Shown: positions 26,289-37,222, numbered from the stretch's first letter. The stretch is DNA of 64,000 nt from Candidatus Saccharimonadota bacterium (GCA_022841445.1 JALHRM010000002.1:25581-89580); one strand, 5' to 3'. A program made the numbers and translations. Notes: generated by a model from the sequence alone, not told the origin.

Positions 26289-27785
26289 ATGGGGAAAGCA
26301 CTCTACCGAAAATACCGTTCAAGGTCACTTGACGATGTGGTCGGCCAAGAACATATCACTTCAACATTAAAAAATGCTATTTCTAGCGGCCGCTTGAGTC
26401 ATGCTTATCTTTTCACTGGTCCAAGGGGCACCGGCAAAACCAGTATCGCTCGAATTTTAGCCCATCTTATTAACGACCTACCGTATGATAGCGATGCACT
26501 GCACTTGGATATTATCGAAATCGATGCTGCCAGCAACCGCCGTATTGATGAAATACGTGATCTAAGAGATAAGGTACACATCGCACCAAGCAGTACAAAA
26601 TACAAGGTATACATCATAGACGAAGTACATATGCTTACGCGTGAGGCATTTAATGCGCTCCTCAAAACACTGGAAGAACCGCCAGCTCACGCCGTATTTA
26701 TCCTTGCCACGACGGAACTGCACAAAGTACCTGCCACCATTGTCAGTCGCACTCAGCGATTTTCATTCAAGCCTGTATCGAAAAACAACGTTATCGAGCA
26801 CTTACGCACCATTGCCAGTAAGGAAAAAATAACAATCGATGATGAGGCCTTAGAATTACTAGCTGATTATGGGGAGGGTAGTTTTCGGGACAGTATTAGC
26901 CTACTTGATCAATTGCGAGGTCATGCTTCTGTGAACTCTGCTACCGTAAGGGATGTAGTTGGCACACCAAGTCAGGAACTGATTATGGCACTCAGCGAAG
27001 CAATCGAGGCCCAACAACCGCAAAAAGTCCTCGAGCTACTCGATACCCTCCGCGACCAAGGAATTACCGCGGCATCATCAGCTAGTGCGCTCAGCACACT
27101 TTACCGAAAACATATGCGGCAAAACGATCAAGTTTCTGGTCATAGAATTTCGCTTCTTAAAGACTTACTAACAGTGGCAGGCAATAGCCACCCTCAGGAA
27201 ATGCTGGAAATTATCTTACTACAAGCATCCCACCAAAGCAGTGATGGTATTACCGATGCTAAAAAGCTGTTGACTCAGCCTACTAGCGAGCAACAACAGC
27301 AAAAGCCGACTAAAGTGAGATCGATTGCCACGCCGCCGTCAGTTCCTCGCAAATCAGTAGCCGATAGCAACGGCAAGCCCGCAATTGTGCCTGGCGATAA
27401 AGCTGCTCCTATGACTATTGAAAAATGGCCAAATGTACTAGAAATGGTACAGACCGAGACGCCTTCGCTGTATCGTGCCCTGCGTATTGCCGAGCCAGAA
27501 ATAATTAACAACGAGCTGCATTTGTATTTTGAATTTCCGCTTCATCAGAAAAAAGTCGATGAAACAAGAAATAAAACGCACCTTACGACAACACTTGCAG
27601 GTATGGGCTTACAGATTAATGCGATACATTGTCACGCTGATAAAAATCGCTTTACAAACAAAGTTACTTCGCCTAAGGAGACTAATCAAGAACCTAATCT
27701 TCCTGCAAGTGCGATAGATACCCCTGACTTGGCACTAACAAATATAAGCAATATTTTTGGCACACCTGAACTGTTAGAATCTTAA
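26289..27785 (+). CDS. dnaX: DNA polymerase III subunit gamma/tau
   Basis: 498 aa. YRKYRSRSLDDVVGQEHI, GPRGTGKTS Walker A, IIDEVHML, and the SRTQRF sensor block. Confidence 0.92.
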   Translation: MGKALYRKYRSRSLDDVVGQEHITSTLKNAISSGRLSHAYLFTGPRGTGKTSIARILAHLINDLPYDSDALHLDIIEIDAASNRRIDEIRDLRDKVHIAPSSTKYKVYIIDEVHMLTREAFNALLKTLEEPPAHAVFILATTELHKVPATIVSRTQRFSFKPVSKNNVIEHLRTIASKEKITIDDEALELLADYGEGSFRDSISLLDQLRGHASVNSATVRDVVGTPSQELIMALSEAIEAQQPQKVLELLDTLRDQGITAASSASALSTLYRKHMRQNDQVSGHRISLLKDLLTVAGNSHPQEMLEIILLQASHQSSDGITDAKKLLTQPTSEQQQQKPTKVRSIATPPSVPRKSVADSNGKPAIVPGDKAAPMTIEKWPNVLEMVQTETPSLYRALRIAEPEIINNELHLYFEFPLHQKKVDETRNKTHLTTTLAGMGLQINAIHCHADKNRFTNKVTSPKETNQEPNLPASAIDTPDLALTNISNIFGTPELLES

Positions 27786-27789
27786 GCTA

Positions 27790-29154
27790 ATGACTGAAAG
27801 CTCTAACACTCCGCTTCCACCGCAGAGCCTCGATGCCGAGGCTGGCCTGCTTGGAGGGCTACTTATTGAAGGTGAGGCTTTCGTAAATATTGGTGATGCC
27901 GTAGCGGTCAGTGATTTTTACGATCAACGTCACCAAAAGATTTTTGAAGCCATTGAATCGCTGTATAACAAGCACGAGTCAATTGATATACTAACGGTCA
28001 GTGAGCAGCTTAAAAATCGGGGACTATTAGAGGGTATTGGCGGCACCAGCTATTTGACTGAACTAAGCAACACCGTTCCTACCACCGCCCATATAGAGCA
28101 ATACGCTGACCTTGTGGCATCCAAGGGCGCCCGACGGCGACTTATCAAAGCAACTCAGCTGATTGCCCAGCTAGGGTATGATGAAGAGAAAAGTCTGCAA
28201 GAACTAATTGAAGAAGCCGAATCACGTATTTTTGAAGTCAGTCAACAACATGTGAGACAGGATATCGCCAGTCTAGAATCGATACTGGGTGAGAGTTTCG
28301 ACCGCCTCGATGATCTTCATAATAACCGTGCTGGTATTCGCGGTATCCCCACCGGGCTGACAGATCTCGACAAGACACTCGCTGGCTTGCAGCGCTCAGA
28401 CCTACTTATTCTGGCTGCCAGACCATCTATGGGAAAGACAGCTTTACTGCTTAATATTGCTCTTAATGTAGCGACCGAAGCCCAGCAAGGTGCGGTACTG
28501 TATTTTAGTATCGAGATGGGTAAAGAGCAGTTGGTCGACAGGCTGCTAGCAGCTGAAGCGGGGGTTGACGCCTGGAAGTTACGCACCGGTGAGGGTCTTG
28601 CCGATGCCGACTTCGAGAGGCTTAGTGCAGCGATGGGTTCACTGGCTGAGGCACCGATATACATTGATGATACCAGCGGCGTAACCATTAGTGATATGCG
28701 TACTAAAGCCCGACGGCTGCATCACAAGCAACCGCTTGCGCTAATAATTGTTGACTACTTACAGCTAATGAGCGGCGGTGCCCGGTTTGCCACCAGCGCT
28801 AATCGCGTTCAAGAGATTTCTGAAATAAGTCGTGGTTTAAAAATACTAGCCCGCGAATTAAATGTTCCCGTTGTAGCCGCCAGTCAGTTAAGCCGATCCG
28901 TTGAAAGCCGCAGTCCGCAGATTCCGCAACTGGCCGACCTGCGAGAATCCGGCTCGATAGAGCAGGATGCCGATATCGTTGCGTTTTTGTACCGTGAGGA
29001 ATATTATAACCCAGAGACTGACCGCAAAAATATCACCGATGTGCTTATCAAAAAACACCGTAATGGGCCTGTCGGAAACTTGGAACTGTACTTTGACCGT
29101 CAACAGCAGCGTTTTCGCAATTTAGACACCCGTCATCAGCCGTTCGACACGTAA
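27790..29154 (+). CDS. dnaB: replicative DNA helicase DnaB
   Basis: 454 aa. PPQSLDAEAGLLGGLL N-terminus, ARPSMGKTA Walker A, and the SQLSRSVE and ADLRESGSIEQDAD blocks. Confidence 0.92.
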   Translation: MTESSNTPLPPQSLDAEAGLLGGLLIEGEAFVNIGDAVAVSDFYDQRHQKIFEAIESLYNKHESIDILTVSEQLKNRGLLEGIGGTSYLTELSNTVPTTAHIEQYADLVASKGARRRLIKATQLIAQLGYDEEKSLQELIEEAESRIFEVSQQHVRQDIASLESILGESFDRLDDLHNNRAGIRGIPTGLTDLDKTLAGLQRSDLLILAARPSMGKTALLLNIALNVATEAQQGAVLYFSIEMGKEQLVDRLLAAEAGVDAWKLRTGEGLADADFERLSAAMGSLAEAPIYIDDTSGVTISDMRTKARRLHHKQPLALIIVDYLQLMSGGARFATSANRVQEISEISRGLKILARELNVPVVAASQLSRSVESRSPQIPQLADLRESGSIEQDADIVAFLYREEYYNPETDRKNITDVLIKKHRNGPVGNLELYFDRQQQRFRNLDTRHQPFDT

Positions 29155-29208
29155 CTTTGTGTGCTTTCGCCAGACAGCATGCGCACTACTTTGCTATACT
29201 AACCAGTA

Positions 29209-30399
29209 ATGAAATGGCTGTTTCCGTTGAAGCACAAAGGCCGCCAAAGAGTCAGCAGCCGCACGCTGCTGAGCATATTTAGTATAGGCTTAATTGCTTC
29301 GGTTATTGGTTTTTGGAACTTGGCCACACCAGCGGGGTTTAGTCCGGCAGAAAAGCAGGCAGTAACGGCGAGTAACAACGCGCGTGCAATTGTGGAAAAT
29401 CCGCTGCATGCCCCACATAAAACACCGCAATACATCGCTCAGAAAGTAGGACTTGATGGTCAGATTGCTATGCGCGGCATATCGGTGCTCTACGGAATCA
29501 TAGCGACTATTGCGTTTTACTTAGTTGCTCGCCAGTTATTTGGGACGTTTGTTGCCTACATCGCAGCGCTAGGGCTACTCAGCACACCGCTTTACCTGCT
29601 GGCTACGCGACACGCCAGCCCAGAAATCATGTACGCCGCAGCGCCAGTTATTATTCTAGCGATTGGTCTTTGGGTACTTAAGACCAGGCAACGGACTATA
29701 GCACTTTACGCACTCGTAATCGCCGTAGCGCTTAGTCTATATGTACCAGGCATGCTATGGTGCGTTGCGCTTGGATACGGATTGCTACTTGTTAATCCTC
29801 CATGGGTTCGCGTAAAAGTAAGTGCCGCGAACGTCTACGCTGCTGCTGCGGTATGTATACTACTCATAAGTCCGCTACTATACGGTCTGTATCGAAGTCC
29901 TGAACTCATAAAAGAACTGTTTCTACTGCCAGAGGTTTTAAACATTGGTGAAATAATAACCCAAACTGCTCAAAGCGCTTCGGGGCTGATCTGGAGAACA
30001 AATGATGCACTGCCGCTGCGTATTGGTCATATGCCAATACTGAGTATCATTATTGCTCCGCTATGCCTGATCGGTATATATGCGGCAATACGACAATGGC
30101 ACTGGCGCAGCGTTTTTTTTGTTGGATTGCCGGTGCTGGGTATAGGATTCGCTGGACTAAGCGGAAATTCACTAGTAATCTTGTATGCTCTTACTGCACT
30201 ATTACTGCTTTTTGGGAATGGACTGTTTCATCTACTAAAACAATGGTACGAAGTGTTTCCGCGTAATTCCTTGGCTGGTTACTTTGCCGTGGGAGTCATA
30301 TGCATAATGATAGGCGTGCAGCTGCTTTTTGGGGTACGTTCTTCTATTGTTGCCTGGCCTGCAACACCTCCGGTTACCTCGACTTACGTGCTACAATAA
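29209..30399 (+). CDS. polytopic membrane protein, possibly ArnT/PMT_2-like glycosyltransferase
   Basis: 396 aa with about 10 hydrophobic helices. The early loop-plus-helix pattern (MRGISVLYGIIATIAFYLVARQLFG) resembles GT39/GT83 enzymes. The function call is weak. Confidence 0.4.
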   Translation: MKWLFPLKHKGRQRVSSRTLLSIFSIGLIASVIGFWNLATPAGFSPAEKQAVTASNNARAIVENPLHAPHKTPQYIAQKVGLDGQIAMRGISVLYGIIATIAFYLVARQLFGTFVAYIAALGLLSTPLYLLATRHASPEIMYAAAPVIILAIGLWVLKTRQRTIALYALVIAVALSLYVPGMLWCVALGYGLLLVNPPWVRVKVSAANVYAAAAVCILLISPLLYGLYRSPELIKELFLLPEVLNIGEIITQTAQSASGLIWRTNDALPLRIGHMPILSIIIAPLCLIGIYAAIRQWHWRSVFFVGLPVLGIGFAGLSGNSLVILYALTALLLLFGNGLFHLLKQWYEVFPRNSLAGYFAVGVICIMIGVQLLFGVRSSIVAWPATPPVTSTYVLQ

Positions 30400-30424
30400 A
30401 TGCGTCTAAAGAAGGAGTTCGTAT

Positions 30425-30718
30425 ATGAGTCGCTTCGATCAAGCTAAGTTGCTGTTAAAAGCTCGGAAATTACAGAAAGAACTACAAAAAGAAGTAATAC
30501 GCGTGACCGCTGGTGAGGGTGCTGTAACTATTGATATTACTGGCGAGCAGAAAATTCGCAAGATTACTATCGATCCTGAGGCGATTGATCTTGATGATAT
30601 CGGTCAGCTGGAATTATGGCTGGAAGAAGCCATCAAAGAAGCTGTCAGTCGTAGCCAGAAACTAGCAGCCGAAAAACTCGGGCCAATGATGGGTTCGCTT
30701 GGTAATCTAGGGATGTAA
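30425..30718 (+). CDS. ybaB: YbaB/EbfC nucleoid-associated protein
   Basis: 97 aa. Typical size and the pattern (LQKELQKE...VTIDITGEQKIRKITIDPE). Lies adjacent to recR. Confidence 0.8.
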   Translation: MSRFDQAKLLLKARKLQKELQKEVIRVTAGEGAVTIDITGEQKIRKITIDPEAIDLDDIGQLELWLEEAIKEAVSRSQKLAAEKLGPMMGSLGNLGM

Positions 30719-30736
30719 TTAAAGTTTGATCATATC

Positions 30737-31354
30737 TTGGGGGTTTGTTTGAGTATTCTACCGAAGGGTCTTCAGAACGTTATTGAAGGATTTGGGCGAC
30801 TACCCGGAGTCGGCCCGCGCACCGCTGAGCGCTATGCTGGCTATTTACTTCGTTATGAAAAAAATGCGGCCCTGTCTATTGCTGAAGCCTTGGATACTCT
30901 GCACGCTAGTGTAAAATTATGTCCACGAACTTTCGCATTAATCAACGCCGACGAAGACGAAAGTTCACTTTATAATGATCCAAAACGCGATAAGTCACTT
31001 GTCGCTGTTGTATCAGACTATTTTGATATGGTGGCTATTGAGAAAGCCAACTTATTCAAGGGTACCTATCATGTTCTGGGTGGGCTGATCTCACCGATTG
31101 ATAATGTCGGACCCGAGCAGCTCAGCATTCCAGCACTCTTGCGCCGGGTTGACGAAGACAATGTCACCGAGCTCATCCTCGCTTTTAACGCAGGTGTGGA
31201 AGGAGACACAACAGCATTATACTTACAGCAACAGCTTGCCGACAGAAAGATACATCTTAGCCGGTTAGCTCGGGGCATTCCGGTTGGTCTTGATCTAGAG
31301 TATGCCGACCATATAACACTGGCGAATGCGTTGGAAGGAAGACAGACGTTCTAA
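30737..31354 (+). CDS. recR: recombination protein RecR (zinc-finger cysteines largely absent)
   Basis: HhH motif LPGVGPRTAERYA, a Toprim region, and C-terminal GIPVGLDLEYAD. TTG start. Confidence 0.8.
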   Translation: MGVCLSILPKGLQNVIEGFGRLPGVGPRTAERYAGYLLRYEKNAALSIAEALDTLHASVKLCPRTFALINADEDESSLYNDPKRDKSLVAVVSDYFDMVAIEKANLFKGTYHVLGGLISPIDNVGPEQLSIPALLRRVDEDNVTELILAFNAGVEGDTTALYLQQQLADRKIHLSRLARGIPVGLDLEYADHITLANALEGRQTF

Positions 31355-31385
31355 AGCCTGCTCAACCCGTAGTACAATACATCTC

Positions 31386-32402
31386 ATGACAATGTACGAT
31401 GAGGCCGAACGTATCCGCTCAATTATTGATGACGCCCAGCATATTCTAGTGGTGCAGGCTGACAATCCTGATGGTGACAGCTTAGGCAGTGCTTTAGCGC
31501 TTGAGGAGTTCCTGGGCAACTACGGCAGAGAGGTATCGCTATACTGTGGTGTTGATATCCCGGTACACCTACGCTATCTAAGCGGTTGGGACAGAGTAAG
31601 TTCAGAGCTGCCTAATAACTTCGATGCCAGTATCATTGTTGATACCGCAACCGACACACTGCTTGAACAACTGACGCTTCGTAATCAAAAAATATGGATC
31701 AAGAACAAGCCCTGTATAGTAATTGACCATCACGCCAGCGAATCGACGATTGATTATGCCACTGTCGCATGCATTAAAGAGGCAGTAGCGACCACGGAGG
31801 TTATCTATGAGCTTGCCAGGCAACTTGAATGGAAGATGACACCAACTGCTGCCGACGCACTCGCTACCGGTATACTGAGCGACAGCCTTGGACTCACCAC
31901 CGAAGCGACGACAGCACGATCTATTCATATTGTTGCCGAGCTGGTGGAGTCTGGCGCTTCTATCACCAAACTTGACCAGGCACGCCGCGAAATGTACCGC
32001 AAGGAGCCAGAGCTCGTCCACTACAAAGGCCGGCTACTTCAACGCATTGAATATCATTACGACAATAGAATAGCAACACTTGAAATCCCATGGGATGAAA
32101 TTGAAAAGTACTCCCATGCCTATAATCCTTCAATGCTTGCGCTAGACGATATGCGGCTCACAACCAATACAGCCGTAGCGGTGGCGTTCAAGCACTACCC
32201 CGACGGTAAAGTTACCGGCAAAATACGCACCAACTACGGCTTTCCAATAGCCGACAGACTCGCCGAACACTTTGGCGGTGGCGGACACAACTATGCCAGC
32301 GGCTTTAAAATAACCGACAAAAGACACTTAGATGAAATAAAATCCGAATGCATTCGTGTTTCGATTGAACTATTGGACGAACTTGCTAAGGGGGTAACGT
32401 GA
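31386..32402 (+). CDS. DHH/DHHA1 phosphoesterase (NrnA-like oligoribonuclease / pAp phosphatase)
   Basis: DGDSLGSA, VIDHHAS (DHH) and GGGHNYASG (DHHA1) motifs. ATG 31386 is preferred over 31326, which overlaps recR. Confidence 0.8.
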   Translation: MTMYDEAERIRSIIDDAQHILVVQADNPDGDSLGSALALEEFLGNYGREVSLYCGVDIPVHLRYLSGWDRVSSELPNNFDASIIVDTATDTLLEQLTLRNQKIWIKNKPCIVIDHHASESTIDYATVACIKEAVATTEVIYELARQLEWKMTPTAADALATGILSDSLGLTTEATTARSIHIVAELVESGASITKLDQARREMYRKEPELVHYKGRLLQRIEYHYDNRIATLEIPWDEIEKYSHAYNPSMLALDDMRLTTNTAVAVAFKHYPDGKVTGKIRTNYGFPIADRLAEHFGGGGHNYASGFKITDKRHLDEIKSECIRVSIELLDELAKGVT

Positions 32403-33835
32403 AACTCTATAACACGCTGAATCGTAAGCTGGAGGTGTTGCATCCCATAAACAAAGATGTGGTTAAAGTCTACAGCTGCGGCCCAACGGTATACAACTAT
32501 GCTCATATCGGTAATTTACGGGCATTCATATTTAGTGATTGTTTGCGTAGAGCGCTTGAGGCGTCGGGGCATACTGTTAAACAGGTTATGAACATAACTG
32601 ATGTCGGGCACCTCGTTAGTGATGCTGATGACGGGGAAGACAAACTTGAAACGGGTGCAACACGGGAAGGAAAAACTGTCTGGGAAGTAGCCGAACACTA
32701 CACTGAAGCGTTCGTTAGTGACATGAAGCAGCTAAATATACTGCCGCCAAATGGCTACAAGATACGTCCCGATGGTTACGCCCGCGCAACGGACTTTATA
32801 GATACGCAGATCATAATGATTGAAAAGCTTCTGAGTGGGGATTACGCCTACATTACCGAACAGGCCATATATTTTGATGTTACAAAGCTCGCCAATTACG
32901 GGGCGTTGAGTAGACAGAAACTGGCCGATAAAGAAGTAGCCTCACGGGATGAAGTAGTGTCTGATCCGGACAAAAAACATCCTTTCGACTTTGCCGTCTG
33001 GTTTTTCTTGGCTGGTCATTTTCAAAATCACAGCATGCACTGGCCAAGCCCTTGGGGCGAGGGTTTCCCTGGTTGGCATCTTGAATGCTCGGCGATTATT
33101 CATGCTACGCTCGGTGATCCTATCGACATCCACACTGGTGGAGTCGATCATATCGGTACGCATCACACTAATGAAATGGCACAAACCGAAGCAGCATTCG
33201 GACATGCGCTTTCAAATGTATGGCTGCACAATGAATTTATCTTGGTTGATAGTAAAAAAATGAGTAAATCGAGTGGTAACTTTTATGTATTAAAAGATAT
33301 TATCGAGCGCGGATTTAGCCCGTCATCCTTCAGGCTTTTATGTCTTCAGGCGCACTATCGCAGTCAACTAAACTTTACCTGGGATAGTCTTGCAGCTGCC
33401 AGCAATCGGCTAAAGAGCCTTCAGGCACTCGCTGACCTACGCTACCAAACAACACCAGGCTACGCTGGAGAGACATTCATCACATTACTGAAAGACTTAC
33501 CTAGCCGCATGTTACACGCTGCACAAGACGATTTGAACATACCTCAAGCGCTGGCAGAGTTGAGCCCTCTCGACATAGTTCTGGTCGACGGACTCAAAGA
33601 AGGAGACCGACTGTTATTTGAGAATTTTTTGGATAAATGTATTGGTGACTTATTTGGAATAGATTTACTTTCATCTAGCGATATTACCGAGCAACAGAAG
33701 GATTCTATAGCCAAACGGGAAGCAGCAAGAAAAAGTAAACAATGGCAGCAGTCTGATGAACTGCGAGATAGCTTGCTTGAACAGGGGATTGTGCTAAGAG
33801 ACACTCCGACCGGGACGATTTGGTCTCGCGAGTAG
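32399..33835 (+). CDS. cysS: cysteinyl-tRNA synthetase
   Basis: 478 aa. CGPTVYNYAHIGNLR (HIGH) and KMSKSSGN motifs. GTG start overlaps the upstream stop. Confidence 0.92.
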   Translation: MKLYNTLNRKLEVLHPINKDVVKVYSCGPTVYNYAHIGNLRAFIFSDCLRRALEASGHTVKQVMNITDVGHLVSDADDGEDKLETGATREGKTVWEVAEHYTEAFVSDMKQLNILPPNGYKIRPDGYARATDFIDTQIIMIEKLLSGDYAYITEQAIYFDVTKLANYGALSRQKLADKEVASRDEVVSDPDKKHPFDFAVWFFLAGHFQNHSMHWPSPWGEGFPGWHLECSAIIHATLGDPIDIHTGGVDHIGTHHTNEMAQTEAAFGHALSNVWLHNEFILVDSKKMSKSSGNFYVLKDIIERGFSPSSFRLLCLQAHYRSQLNFTWDSLAAASNRLKSLQALADLRYQTTPGYAGETFITLLKDLPSRMLHAAQDDLNIPQALAELSPLDIVLVDGLKEGDRLLFENFLDKCIGDLFGIDLLSSSDITEQQKDSIAKREAARKSKQWQQSDELRDSLLEQGIVLRDTPTGTIWSRE

Positions 33836-33842
33836 TTACTGG

Positions 33843-34922
33843 CTAAGACTCAACCTGCCTACGTGACGGCAGTCTTTTGTCCAACTGATCTTCAGCTAAA
33901 ATTCGTAAACATCCGGCTACCGGTATGGCAACTAATGCCCCCAGTAAGCCACCAAAACTGGCACCAATAAGCGCGGCTATAAACACTAGTAGCGGTGTAA
34001 GTTGATTGCTTCTTGATTGGATGTACGGCTGGAGGGTGGCGTTCTCTATCTGTTGATAAAGAATGAAATAGATCCCCACAGCAATGGCCAGGGGCAGAGA
34101 AACGAATAGACAAAATAGTGTCACCAGTACAGCTGCTAATGTGTTCCCAACCATGGGAATAAGCCCAAATAGCGTGACTATACCGGCAAGCGCAATGGCA
34201 TTGATCGAAACATTAAAGACCGTACTGAGTATGACCAATGCGACGAAAGAGAACAGTCCGGCTATAACTGCGATAAGCAGCTGGCCGTTTACGTACCCTG
34301 TAACCACACGATACATTTTTTGAGCCATTTTTTGATAAGCGGCTTGCTTTTTGGCTGGCTGAAAAGCAAGAATACGCTTTAGCCATAGCGGGCCTTCAAC
34401 CAACATCATAAATGTCATCACTAGCACCACAACAGCAGACACAATACCACCGAGCAGTTTACCTGCCGTCGATACTACCGGCTCACTCAAATCACTGACG
34501 CTACCACTAATATCATCGCTAAGTTTGTCGAGTTGGTCATCAATATTATATTGCCGAACAAAGTCAGCGGTTGATGAATCCTGATTTTTTAGGTCACTTA
34601 TTGTATCAGGCACCGTACGAATAAATTCGGTTGTTTGTTGCGCGAGCGGTGGTATTACGAGAGTAAAAAATCCTGCCAAAACCGCTAGCACCATCAGGTA
34701 GGCAACTCCTGTTGCAGATACCCTACTTTTTAAACGCAATCGCCTCGATAACCAACTAACGACTGGATTTAAGGCTAAAGCCAGAAAGAACGCTACGAAT
34801 ATTAAGGTAAGGGCGTGGACTATACTGCCAATGAACTGCAGCGTTAGCACAACGGCAATAATCAGTCCGAGGATTCGCAGTATCGTACGATTGGATATGG
34901 TTACTTCTATGCTATTTTTCAT
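33843..34922 (-). CDS. AI-2E family transporter (PerM/YhhT-like permease)
   Basis: 359 aa with about 8 TM helices. The topology and C-terminal conserved region are typical of this family. Confidence 0.7.
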   Translation of the reverse strand: MKNSIEVTISNRTILRILGLIIAVVLTLQFIGSIVHALTLIFVAFFLALALNPVVSWLSRRLRLKSRVSATGVAYLMVLAVLAGFFTLVIPPLAQQTTEFIRTVPDTISDLKNQDSSTADFVRQYNIDDQLDKLSDDISGSVSDLSEPVVSTAGKLLGGIVSAVVVLVMTFMMLVEGPLWLKRILAFQPAKKQAAYQKMAQKMYRVVTGYVNGQLLIAVIAGLFSFVALVILSTVFNVSINAIALAGIVTLFGLIPMVGNTLAAVLVTLFCLFVSLPLAIAVGIYFILYQQIENATLQPYIQSRSNQLTPLLVFIAALIGASFGGLLGALVAIPVAGCLRILAEDQLDKRLPSRRQVES

Positions 34923-34931
34923 GCCTGCATA

Positions 34932-36077
34932 TCAAGTATGGATGTTTTCTTGTCTCTTGGCAATCGCCAAGTAATACTGCTGTTCAATTTTTTGTCCGAC
35001 CAGGTCAATGTCGTACTGAACCACATGATTTTGCTGCCATTTTTGTGCTGAATTGCGTCGTTTTGCGTTGACCAAAAAATATTCTAGCTTCGCCGTTAGT
35101 AACTCGCAATTTTTTGGATCAACTAGCAGTTCAGGCCGTTCCCCAAGCACTGAGCGATAACCAGGATTGTCACCACCAATAACGACCTCACTACCGGCGG
35201 CCATTGCCTCTATCAATACTATGCCGAAACTTTCACCGTAAAGTGCAGGAAAGCAAGCAATCTGTGCAGAAGCAAGCAGGGCAGGCTTATCATGTTCGCT
35301 CACATACCCCGCAAAGACAACTACATCAGATAAGCGATTATCCGATGCGTATCGTTCCAGTGTAGGTAACAGCGGGCCAGTACCGGCAATGGTCAGCCGA
35401 GCCTCAGGATGTGCCTGGTGCAACTGCTTGAATGCTTTCAGTAGATGCATTACACCTTTACGTTTTACTAATCTTCCGAGAAAAACGATGTGACCCTGCT
35501 GAACAGCACTCGAACTTGACAAGTTTTTATATCGTTTCAGTTCGACTACGTTTGGTATAACAATTGTGTCGTAACCAAAAATTTTCTTGGCAAATTCTGC
35601 CGCAGGTTTACTGACACTCATAATGGCGTCGTAGCGTTGGTCTATTCGTCTCACAACAGCAGCTAGCAAGCGTGAACTTTCAGCATGCAAACGACCAGCC
35701 GGCAGAATGTGAAATGTGCCTACAACTGCTGTTTTGGGACTACAGGCTTTAACTATTCGGCCAGCAAGCCAGGGGGCATATGGCATTTGAATATGCAAAA
35801 TATCGAATGACACGTCACGCAATATTTTATTAATGCCTGCTTTATTGGCAGGCAGTGGCATATTGAGGCGGTTGGCGTTAAACTTCACCTCTATGGACTT
35901 TGAAAGACTAATTATTGGATTTCCACCGTACTGTTCGTTGTCACTCTTACCGGTAAGATAATATACTTTGTGACCTCGCTTCGACAGCCACTGACCAACT
36001 GTCTTTACGTACTGCTGCACACCATCATTGCGATCAATACTCGTGTCAATAACCAGTCCGACGACGAGTTTTTTCAA
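34932..36077 (-). CDS. family-4 (GT-B) glycosyltransferase
   Basis: 381 aa. The C-terminal GESFGIVLIEAMAAG block is the E-x7-E motif region. Confidence 0.8.
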   Translation of the reverse strand: MKKLVVGLVIDTSIDRNDGVQQYVKTVGQWLSKRGHKVYYLTGKSDNEQYGGNPIISLSKSIEVKFNANRLNMPLPANKAGINKILRDVSFDILHIQMPYAPWLAGRIVKACSPKTAVVGTFHILPAGRLHAESSRLLAAVVRRIDQRYDAIMSVSKPAAEFAKKIFGYDTIVIPNVVELKRYKNLSSSSAVQQGHIVFLGRLVKRKGVMHLLKAFKQLHQAHPEARLTIAGTGPLLPTLERYASDNRLSDVVVFAGYVSEHDKPALLASAQIACFPALYGESFGIVLIEAMAAGSEVVIGGDNPGYRSVLGERPELLVDPKNCELLTAKLEYFLVNAKRRNSAQKWQQNHVVQYDIDLVGQKIEQQYYLAIAKRQENIHT

Positions 36078-37204
36078 GCTGATTTAGCCTTATGAATTTT
36101 TATAGCAGTTTCGTACAGCTCGATATATTGTTGTGTAACATTTTTATAATCAAATTGTTGAACATACGTCTGTGCCCACGTCCGCCATAATTCACGAAGC
36201 GCATCATCACTGAGCAGTAATCGCATTCGGCGGGCAAAGTCGACACTGTCCTGAACATTTACAAGTGATACCATCCCTCTGTCTTTCAACACTGTTTCAT
36301 ACCCCGGGTTATCGCCAGCAACAACCGGTAAACCAACGGCCATTGCCTCAAGTAGAACAATGCCAAAGCTTTCACCATACTTTGACGGGGCGCAAAACAG
36401 TCGAGCTTGGCGAAAAAGTTCGATTTTTCGAGTTTCGTCTACGTATCCCAAAAATTCAACTCGATGGATGTTCTTTTCATTGACATAATTTTTGAGTGAT
36501 TCTTCTTCCGGCCCTGTGCCTGCAATGAAAAGTCTAGTTTTTTTATCATGTTCCCCGAGTATGCTAAATGCGTCAAGCAGGTACTTAATCCCTTTGCGTT
36601 TTTCTAACCGTCCGACATATAAAATCATTGGTGAATCACCGGCCGAATGCGTGCTTTGGGTATACTTTGCAAGATCAATACCGTTAGGAATAATCGAAAT
36701 GGGATCTTTGATAAAACCTTTGATGTACTCAGCTGCTGGCTCCGAAACTGCGCTATATACATCTATAAATTTGAGTAATCGACGGGTGTAGGGGATAAAA
36801 ACGTTGGCGACCGTCTTTGAAGTAAGCCTGTCAGGCAGCCGCGCATGAGAAGTAGCTACATTCGCACAGCGAGACCGGCTAAGTAGTTGCCGGCTGAGAA
36901 CCGGAACCCATGGCTCATGAAAATGGAGGACATCGAACTGTTCTTTGTCAAGTAGATTCTCGATAGCTTCTCGATCTGCCGTAGCCGAAACTTGTGTTTG
37001 CGTATTAAAAAATGATGATACAGTTGCAGATACGCCGATAGTGATCACCTCTGGAGGCACTGAGCCAGAGTAATCACGCGGACGTGGAGTGATAATTATC
37101 GCCTCATGCCCAACACGAGTTAGTTCAGCCTGCAGCGCAAGCACGCATTCTTGCACGCCGCCGCCCTTGAACATGTGATATGGACACACTAAACCGATTT
37201 TCAT
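36074..37204 (-). CDS. family-4 (GT-B) glycosyltransferase
   Basis: 376 aa. GESFGIVLLEAMAVGLPVV block. 4-nt overlap with the downstream GT4 gene. Confidence 0.8.
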   Translation of the reverse strand: MKIGLVCPYHMFKGGGVQECVLALQAELTRVGHEAIIITPRPRDYSGSVPPEVITIGVSATVSSFFNTQTQVSATADREAIENLLDKEQFDVLHFHEPWVPVLSRQLLSRSRCANVATSHARLPDRLTSKTVANVFIPYTRRLLKFIDVYSAVSEPAAEYIKGFIKDPISIIPNGIDLAKYTQSTHSAGDSPMILYVGRLEKRKGIKYLLDAFSILGEHDKKTRLFIAGTGPEEESLKNYVNEKNIHRVEFLGYVDETRKIELFRQARLFCAPSKYGESFGIVLLEAMAVGLPVVAGDNPGYETVLKDRGMVSLVNVQDSVDFARRMRLLLSDDALRELWRTWAQTYVQQFDYKNVTQQYIELYETAIKIHKAKSA

Positions 37205-37222
37205 TACTTACATTATATCTGT

